Assembly (NCBI GenBank): GCA_015257795.3
Contig: CP072208.2
Coordinates: 360,001-392,000, forward strand
Direction of reading: 5' to 3'
DNA length: 32,000 nucleotides
From: Candidatus Nanogingivalaceae bacterium
GTDB lineage: Bacteria > Patescibacteriota > Saccharimonadia > Saccharimonadales > Saccharimonadaceae
The notes under the pieces were generated by a model. The model had not been told where the DNA came from. It did no database searches and saw only the letters and a list, made by a program, of their open reading frames with translations. Shown in pieces: positions 26,642 through 32,000 of the stretch. The number at the start of each line of letters is the position of its first letter. Within the stretch, counting starts at the first letter, position 1. Made by a program: the position numbers and the translations under genes.

Positions 26642-26670
26642 ATTATAACATGTTTTACTTATTTTTTCAA
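26642..26670 (-). promoter_or_regulatory. Putative promoter of the TMEM175-like gene
   Basis: Reverse strand reads TTGAAA-N17-TGtTATAAT, followed by a short leader with an AGAAAGGA SD. Confidence 0.55.
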
Positions 26671-26689
26671 AATGCTTATATTTTATAGG

Positions 26690-26727
26690 CAAAATAAAAC
26701 CGCCCCTTCAGAAAAGCAAGCGGTTTT
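26690..26727 (-). terminator. Terminator of rpsL-rpsG
   Basis: AAAACCGC ... GCGGTTTT (8 bp, 16-nt loop). On the reverse strand it is followed by ATTTTGCC. Confidence 0.6.
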
Positions 26728-26734
26728 ATACTGA

Positions 26735-27214
26735 TTATCCTCGTGCAAAGTGAGCAAAAGCACGGTTAGCTTCTGCCATCTTATGAGTATCTTCTTTCTT
26801 TTTGAAAGCTGCACCAGTTTCATTATAAGCATCAACAATTTCAAGTGCTAAACGTTGACTGTAAGGCATTCCGCTTCGTGCTCGAGCTGCTTGAACTAGC
26901 CAGCTAAAAGCAAAGTGAAGTTGTCGGTGTCCTTGAACTGGGAACGGAATCTGATAGTTAGCACCACCAACGCGTCGAGATTTAACTTCAAATGCTGGTG
27001 AAATATTTTTCAAAGCCTTTTCAAAGATCTCTAATGGATCTTCACTATCAAGTTTTTTGGCTGCAGTTTCAAGTGCTTTATAAACAGCTTTTTCGGCAAC
27101 AAGTTTTTTACCGTCAAGCATAGATTTGTTGATCAATCTTTGAACCAAAACTGATTGGTATCGTCGGTCTGGTTTTAGTTCTCGTTGTAACTTCTTGGTA
27201 ACTTTTCGGGGCAT
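26735..27214 (-). CDS. rpsG: 30S ribosomal protein S7
   Basis: 159 aa, unmistakable S7 (MPRK...DRRYQSVLVQRLINK...GGANYQIPFPV...AHFARG). Confidence 0.97.
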   Translation of the reverse strand: MPRKVTKKLQRELKPDRRYQSVLVQRLINKSMLDGKKLVAEKAVYKALETAAKKLDSEDPLEIFEKALKNISPAFEVKSRRVGGANYQIPFPVQGHRQLHFAFSWLVQAARARSGMPYSQRLALEIVDAYNETGAAFKKKEDTHKMAEANRAFAHFARG

Positions 27215-27216
27215 CT

Positions 27217-27627
27217 TTATTTCTCCTTCTTCGCACCGTATTTTGAACGGCCTTGTTTACGATCTGAAACACCTTGAAGGTCTAGTGCACCGCGTACGAT
27301 GTGATATCGCACACCTGGAAGGTCAGGCACACGTCCACCGCGAACCAAAACTACGGCGTGCTCTTGAAGGTTGTGACCTTCACCACCAATGTAAGCCCAT
27401 ACTTCATAACCATTTGTCAAGCGAACACGTGCAACTTTTCGGAGCGCTGAGTTAGGCTTTTTAGGTGTCTTTGTTGTAACTTTAACACAAACTCCACGTT
27501 TTAGAGGTGCGTTTTGTGCATAATATTTAGTTTTTAGCGCATTATGGATTCGTCCAAGTGCTGGCGATTTTGATTTTTTCGCAGCAGTCTTTCGAGGTTT
27601 TCGCACTAACTGATTGATTGTTGGCAT
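27217..27627 (-). CDS. rpsL: 30S ribosomal protein S12
   Basis: [13 protein letters not shown]...[19 protein letters not shown]...[17 protein letters not shown]. The start is trimmed to the ATG at 27627, after a GGGAG SD. The extra Met in the track comes from a TTG. Confidence 0.97.
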   Translation of the reverse strand: MPTINQLVRKPRKTAAKKSKSPALGRIHNALKTKYYAQNAPLKRGVCVKVTTKTPKKPNSALRKVARVRLTNGYEVWAYIGGEGHNLQEHAVVLVRGGRVPDLPGVRYHIVRGALDLQGVSDRKQGRSKYGAKKEK

Positions 27628-27697
27628 CAATTCTCCCTTAAATTATTTAATATTTCACTTCCCAAAAGTTGATAAATCTTTTAAAAAGTGCCTCATA

Positions 27698-27724
27698 TTT
27701 TTCGAAACAGCATTTTCGAAAAAT
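27698..27724 (-). repeat. Two adjacent TTTCGAAA-type palindromes in the rpsL leader, able to form a 10-bp hairpin
   Basis: TTTCGAAA at 27700..27707 and TTTTCGAAAA at 27713..27722. On the reverse strand TTTTTCGAAA-atgctg-TTTCGAAAAA. Confidence 0.6.
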
Positions 27725-27793
27725 GTCTTTACCTTTTTAGCTGAACTCCTTAACACACAAATTCATTCACTAAAAAGAGGAAACTCACTAAGT

Positions 27794-27822
27794 ATTTTAC
27801 CAAATTTTTAATCAAAAATCAA
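27794..27822 (-). promoter_or_regulatory. Putative promoter of rpsL-rpsG (leader about 160 nt)
   Basis: Reverse strand reads TTGATT-N17-TGgTAAAAT (-35 at 27817..27822, -10 at 27794..27799), 10 nt after the recG stop. I see no terminator between recG and rpsL. Confidence 0.5.
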
Positions 27823-27831
27823 GACTAAAAT

Positions 27832-29883
27832 CTAATTTAATAGAGTTAGGCGTTGATATTTTTCAAGAGTTTTTGGTCTATTGCTTAGGTATTTTTTCCA
27901 TTCTTCTTGATTTTCGAAAAGAAAGTCCACAGCAGATTGCGCTTGATAAATTATCTGCGTATCACCAATATTTGCAAATTCCAGATTAATTTCACCCGAC
28001 TGAGCCTTACCGTAGATTTCACCCGCGCCACGAAGCTCTAGATCTTTTTCTGCCAAAATAAAACCATCGTCTATTTTAGAAATTTCCTGAAGTCTTTGAG
28101 GCGGTTTTGCGTTAGAACTCATTACAAGATAGCAAAAAGCATCTCCGCCACCGCGACCAACACGCCCACGCAACTGGTGAAGCTGCGCCAAACCAAAACG
28201 ATCCGCATTCTCAATCACAATTACACTTGCATTTGGAATATCAACACCAACTTCAATAACAGTAGTCGATAATAAAATATCCGCTTTTTTCGCCAAAAAA
28301 TCTGCCATAACTTGTTCTTTTTCTTCAGATTTCATTTTTCCATGAAGTTGTAAAATTCGAAGACCCTTAAAATCACGTTTTAACCGCTTAAATTCTGTTT
28401 CGACATTTTTAATTTCTTCGTTTTTGCCCTCTTGAATTGCGGGAACAATAATAAACACTTGTCGCCCGTTCGAAATTTCCGTTTTGATTTTAGAATTCAT
28501 TGGTGTACGAGATGCCGGCGAAATAATTTCTGTTTTTACAGGTTTTCGCCCAGCCGGTTTTTCCTTTAAAATTGAAACACTCAAATCTCCAAAAAGAGTC
28601 AATTGTAATGATCGTGGAATTGGCGTCGCCGTCATCGCAAGCAAATGCGGCATCTTCTGATGCGATTTTTCAAGAATTTTCTGCCGTTGAGCTACACCAA
28701 AACGATGTTGTTCGTCAATAATCACCAAACCAAGATTCGAAAATTCAACTTTATCTTGTATGATTGCACTCGTTCCAACCAAAACATCTATTTCACCATT
28801 TTTTAAGTTTTGATAAAGATTTTCTCTCTGTTTGCCCTTAACTTTCCCCGACAAAAAACCAACCGAAATATTAGCCCAAGATAATGTTTTCGAAAAATTC
28901 TCCGCAAGCTGAAATGCTAAAATTTCAGTTGGTGCAAAAACAGCAACCTGAAAACCATTTTTAATCGCATTTAATGCTGAAATCGCCGCCACTGTCGTTT
29001 TACCGGATCCAACATCACCCTGTAAAAGCCGATTCATCGGAAAATCTTGTTTCATATTTTGAATTATCTCCCAAGAAGCCAACCTTTGAGAAGGCGTTAA
29101 ATCAAACGGAAGTTTTTCGACAAACTTTTTTACATCTTGAATTCTTGGCTCAAAAATATATCCGCGCAACTGTTCATTTTCTATTTTATTCAATTTCGAA
29201 GCCAATATTAACTCAAAAATCTCCTCGAAGGCCAATCGTTTTATCGCTAAATCAAACTGCTTTCCAGATTCAGGAAAATGCACCCACTCAATTGCTTGCG
29301 CACGTGAAATTAGTTTTTCTTTTTGAACAACAACTTCCGGTAAAGTTTCAGGCAGAATTTTCATGAGCGGTTTTAACTCCGCCAAAGTTTTACGAATTAT
29401 ATCCGTTCTCAAACCTTTTTTTTGATGATAAATTGGCACAATTTCACCATTTTCACCTTCGAAATTTGTTTTATTCGGCAACTCTTCGTGCTTCATTACG
29501 CTTGGGTTTGTGATTTGGTAACGATTATAGTTAAATTCAAACTTTCCCGAAAAATAAAATTCATTTTCATCCTGCAACTGCTTAACCCTATAAGGTTGAT
29601 TAAACCAAATCGCTTTAATCTTCTCCTTACCATCTGTTAAAATCGCCTCAGTTATGGTCATTCCCCGACGAACCCGGCGCATAGAAACTTTTTCAGCATA
29701 AGCTTTAAATAAAACTTTTCCCGGCTTAATTTCATTCAAACTAGTTAAACTTGCAAAATCTTCATATTTTCTCGGAAAAAACTCTAAAAGATCGCCAACT
29801 GTTCTTAAATTAGCATTTTCGAATTTTTCAAGTGTTTTTTCGCCAACACCTTTTACTAAACCGAGCGAAGAATTCAAATTCAT
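27832..29883 (-). CDS. recG: ATP-dependent DNA helicase RecG
   Basis: 683 aa with a wedge domain N-terminus (GVGEKTLEKF..LRTVGDLLEFFPRKYED), helicase motif I GDVGSGKT, motif II DEQHRFG, and QLHQLRGRVGRG. Confidence 0.95.
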   Translation of the reverse strand: MNLNSSLGLVKGVGEKTLEKFENANLRTVGDLLEFFPRKYEDFASLTSLNEIKPGKVLFKAYAEKVSMRRVRRGMTITEAILTDGKEKIKAIWFNQPYRVKQLQDENEFYFSGKFEFNYNRYQITNPSVMKHEELPNKTNFEGENGEIVPIYHQKKGLRTDIIRKTLAELKPLMKILPETLPEVVVQKEKLISRAQAIEWVHFPESGKQFDLAIKRLAFEEIFELILASKLNKIENEQLRGYIFEPRIQDVKKFVEKLPFDLTPSQRLASWEIIQNMKQDFPMNRLLQGDVGSGKTTVAAISALNAIKNGFQVAVFAPTEILAFQLAENFSKTLSWANISVGFLSGKVKGKQRENLYQNLKNGEIDVLVGTSAIIQDKVEFSNLGLVIIDEQHRFGVAQRQKILEKSHQKMPHLLAMTATPIPRSLQLTLFGDLSVSILKEKPAGRKPVKTEIISPASRTPMNSKIKTEISNGRQVFIIVPAIQEGKNEEIKNVETEFKRLKRDFKGLRILQLHGKMKSEEKEQVMADFLAKKADILLSTTVIEVGVDIPNASVIVIENADRFGLAQLHQLRGRVGRGGGDAFCYLVMSSNAKPPQRLQEISKIDDGFILAEKDLELRGAGEIYGKAQSGEINLEFANIGDTQIIYQAQSAVDFLFENQEEWKKYLSNRPKTLEKYQRLTLLN

Positions 29884-29889
29884 TACTTT

Positions 29890-29898
29890 ATTATATCA
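29890..29898 (-). promoter_or_regulatory. Extended -10 element 6 nt before the recG ATG (leaderless geometry)
   Basis: Reverse strand reads TGATATAAT-aaagta-ATG. The -35 is weak and there is no SD. Confidence 0.45.
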
Positions 29899-29925
29899 CA
29901 TATTGATTACGGCTAAAATTCCTTA

Positions 29926-29957
29926 TAACAAAAAATGAGCAGTTTTCACTACTCATT
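29926..29957 (-). terminator. Rho-independent terminator of the RNase J gene
   Basis: Reverse strand reads AATGAGTAG-tgaaaa-CTGCTCATT (9 bp, one G-U pair) followed by TTTTTGTT. Confidence 0.7.
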
Positions 29958-29965
29958 TTGAAATT

Positions 29966-32000
29966 TTAAACTTTATTTACAACCGGAATAACGATTGGTG
30001 TATGACCAGTTGAGTCAAACAAGATATGAGAAATATCATCCTTGATCTCTTGTTTCATATCTGCAATTTCGATTTTACGTTCAACTTCGCGATCGGTTTT
30101 AATTCGCAAATAATGACGAATCTTACCAATCAATTCTTCACTATCTTTAAGATATACAAATCCACGAGAAATCACATCTGGAGTCTTCAATAACCGACCC
30201 GTTTTCTTACTAATAGTTAGAACAATAATAAAGATTCCCTCTGTCGAAATATGCAAACGATCTTTTACAACAGCATCATGAACCGTGTTTCCAGTATTGT
30301 CATAAAGAATTGATCCAACATGAACGCGGCCACCTTTTTTAATTGTGCGCTCTTTGGTTAATTCAATAATATCACCGCTATCCGCAACAAGAATTTCATG
30401 TCGTTTTAGCCCAAGCACTTTTTGCGCCATTTCGGCATTATGTTGAAGCATATAGAATTCACCGTGAACTGGCAAGTAGTTTTTTGGACGAATAGTTTCA
30501 ACCAATCGAACATGATCATCATAATATGCATGCCCCGAAAGATGTAGAGGGCCAATTCCGTGATAATGACCACGGCCGTGTTGAATTACACCGGCACCCT
30601 CGCGCAACAATCCATCCACTGTTGAGGCAACTCTAGGCTCATTTCCAGGAATAGGACTTGATGAAAACACCACAACATCAGTTGCTTTAATTTTCACAAA
30701 TCGGTGAGCTCCAGTTGCCATGCGGTTCAAAACAGCATTTAATTCACCCTGTGAGCCGGTACATACGATTGAGACTTTCGAATCATCAAGTTTAACGATA
30801 TCTTCCATTTTCACAATAACATCTTTAGGAACTTTAATTTTTCGTGATCGCAAAGCAACTTCAATTGCGTTAATCATTGAGAAACCTGCAAAAGCCACTT
30901 TCCTATTATGTTTTACCGCTTCATCGAGAATCAATTGCAATCGATAAATCTGACTTGAAAAACATGAGAAAATCAATCGAGCGTGAGGGTAAGCTGTCAT
31001 AACCTCGCCAACACTTTCACCAATGGAATATTCACTGTGTGGGTGTGTTCCCGGTGTATCAATATTAGTACTTTCGTTCATTAATAGATCAACGCCCTCT
31101 TTTTGCGCAATCTCAGCAAGACGTGGAAGGTCGAACTGTGTGTCGACTGGATCATTTTCGAAACGCCAGTCACCCATATGTACAATGTTTCCATTTGGCG
31201 TACGAATAACCATCGCTACACATCCTGGAATTGAGTGAAGAACATGCACGAACTCAAGCGTCATATGCTCAGAAATCCTAATCTGTTCGTGTTTAAATGG
31301 ATCAACAACTTGATAGTTTGGTGAAACTTCAACAACCGCCTCTTCCATTTGACGCTTAATCATACCAATCGTAAAATCAGTAGCATAAATTGGAATATTG
31401 TTTCCAAATTCAGGCAAGAGCTGACGAACTGCACCAATGTGGTCAAGGTGGGCATGAGTAAATGCAACCGCTTTAACTTTATGCATATTATCTTTCAAAT
31501 ATGTAATATCCGGCGTCATAAAGTTTACACCAGGGTAGTCTTCGTTAGGAAAAATTGAGCCCATATCGATAACTAGGATTTCATCCATATACTCGATTGC
31601 GAACATATTTTTACCAATTCCAAACTCGCCCAAACCACCAAGCGGAATCACTCGCACGCTATCTTTTTCTGGGCGAAGTTTTTTCAACTTCGAAGCCGTT
31701 AATTGTTCACCATCAAAACCATTGAACAGCGATTTGTTAACAGGGATATTTACGATATGTTGCGTTGCGCGCATATTAATGTCATTTGAGATCATTCTTT
31801 GAGCACGAATAACCGCACCACGCCTTGTTGTTGTTGGTAGATTTACCTTTTTTGCATCATTTTTTTGTGAATGATTGTGCTTAGCGATATTCTTTGCTTT
31901 TTGCTGAGCTACTTTTGCAGACTTCTTTTCGCTTTCTTTCTTGCTGTTTCCAACGTATTTATCGCGATTTTTTTGCAGATCTTGCGCCTTTTTTTGTAAA
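29966..32000 (-). CDS. rnj: Ribonuclease J (metallo-beta-lactamase/beta-CASP RNase); the reading frame is open to the window edge, so the true start is undetermined
   Basis: Contains the HAHLDHIG zinc motif, the beta-CASP region and an RNase J C-terminal domain. The track starts at the ATG at 31795, but that ATG has no SD. The same frame continues without a stop through base 32000 as a Lys-rich segment (...KKAQDLQKNRDKYVGNSKKESEKKSAKVAQQKAKNIAKHNHSQKNDAKKVNLPTTTRRGAVIRAQR-MISND...). Confidence 0.9.
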   Translation of the reverse strand, partial: LQKKAQDLQKNRDKYVGNSKKESEKKSAKVAQQKAKNIAKHNHSQKNDAKKVNLPTTTRRGAVIRAQRMISNDINMRATQHIVNIPVNKSLFNGFDGEQLTASKLKKLRPEKDSVRVIPLGGLGEFGIGKNMFAIEYMDEILVIDMGSIFPNEDYPGVNFMTPDITYLKDNMHKVKAVAFTHAHLDHIGAVRQLLPEFGNNIPIYATDFTIGMIKRQMEEAVVEVSPNYQVVDPFKHEQIRISEHMTLEFVHVLHSIPGCVAMVIRTPNGNIVHMGDWRFENDPVDTQFDLPRLAEIAQKEGVDLLMNESTNIDTPGTHPHSEYSIGESVGEVMTAYPHARLIFSCFSSQIYRLQLILDEAVKHNRKVAFAGFSMINAIEVALRSRKIKVPKDVIVKMEDIVKLDDSKVSIVCTGSQGELNAVLNRMATGAHRFVKIKATDVVVFSSSPIPGNEPRVASTVDGLLREGAGVIQHGRGHYHGIGPLHLSGHAYYDDHVRLVETIRPKNYLPVHGEFYMLQHNAEMAQKVLGLKRHEILVADSGDIIELTKERTIKKGGRVHVGSILYDNTGNTVHDAVVKDRLHISTEGIFIIVLTISKKTGRLLKTPDVISRGFVYLKDSEELIGKIRHYLRIKTDREVERKIEIADMKQEIKDDISHILFDSTGHTPIVIPVVNKV

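Noticed and set aside
27195-27455. 86-aa plus-strand ORF over rpsG/rpsL, and 27614..27811(+)
   Set aside because: The first is antisense to the ribosomal protein genes. The second lies in the rpsL leader and has no start signals.
1200-31660. TTCGAA occurrences as tRNA T-arm signatures (GGTTCGAATCC)
   Set aside because: None of the occurrences I inspected has the GG...TCC flanks or an adjacent acceptor or anticodon structure, and nearly all lie inside protein-coding frames. I found no tRNA, rRNA or CRISPR array in the window.

Overview
This 32-kb window is AT-rich (roughly 38-40% GC by eye), bacterial, and uses the standard genetic code. I support 27 protein-coding genes, 22 of them on the minus strand. 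There are also two decayed mobile-element gene fragments and many readable sigma70-type promoters (TTGnnn-N17-TGnTAnAAT) and rho-independent terminators. I saw no tRNA, rRNA or CRISPR array.

Gene content is mostly core housekeeping. Reading the minus strand from right to left:
- RNase J, recG, rpsL-rpsG, a TMEM175/DUF1211-type channel
- a plus-strand pair (PLC-like protein and rsmD)
- an FAD-linked oxidase, a SpoU/TrmH methyltransferase, a small membrane protein, trigger factor
- a small accessory patch holding an IS256-family transposase relic, a SemiSWEET transporter and a serine-recombinase C-terminal relic
- a DUF1653 protein, nusA, a divergent GalU-like nucleotidyltransferase, ogt (plus strand), clpC-clpP
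- a signal-peptide protein (plus strand), an unannotated 47-aa ORF, rpoB-rpoC, a DUF3592 membrane protein, rnhA, a small membrane protein, fusA
- an edge-truncated Type III R-M mod gene

The expression signals (GGAGG-type SD, TGn extended -10, RNase J, ClpC) fit a monoderm or CPR-like small-genome bacterium. The taxon cannot be fixed from this window.

Main findings:
1. The palindrome TTCGAA, mostly in its octamer form TTTCGAAA, is far over-represented. My manual scan found about 70 hexamers and about 35 octamers, against roughly 10 and 1 expected from base composition. It occurs in all three reading frames and on both gene orientations, which resembles cyanobacterial HIP1 or an uptake-signal sequence.
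2. The motif is absent from the candidate foreign segments.
3. Several genes show leaderless-mRNA geometry, with an extended -10 placed 6-8 nt before the ATG.
4. A SemiSWEET gene sits in an eroded mobile-element patch bracketed by a 12-bp inverted repeat.
5. A 47-aa ORF missing from the supplied track has a full promoter, SD and terminator.
6. The rpoB and rpsL leaders each carry a hairpin built from two copies of the palindrome.
7. The classic rpoBC/str gene order is broken up.
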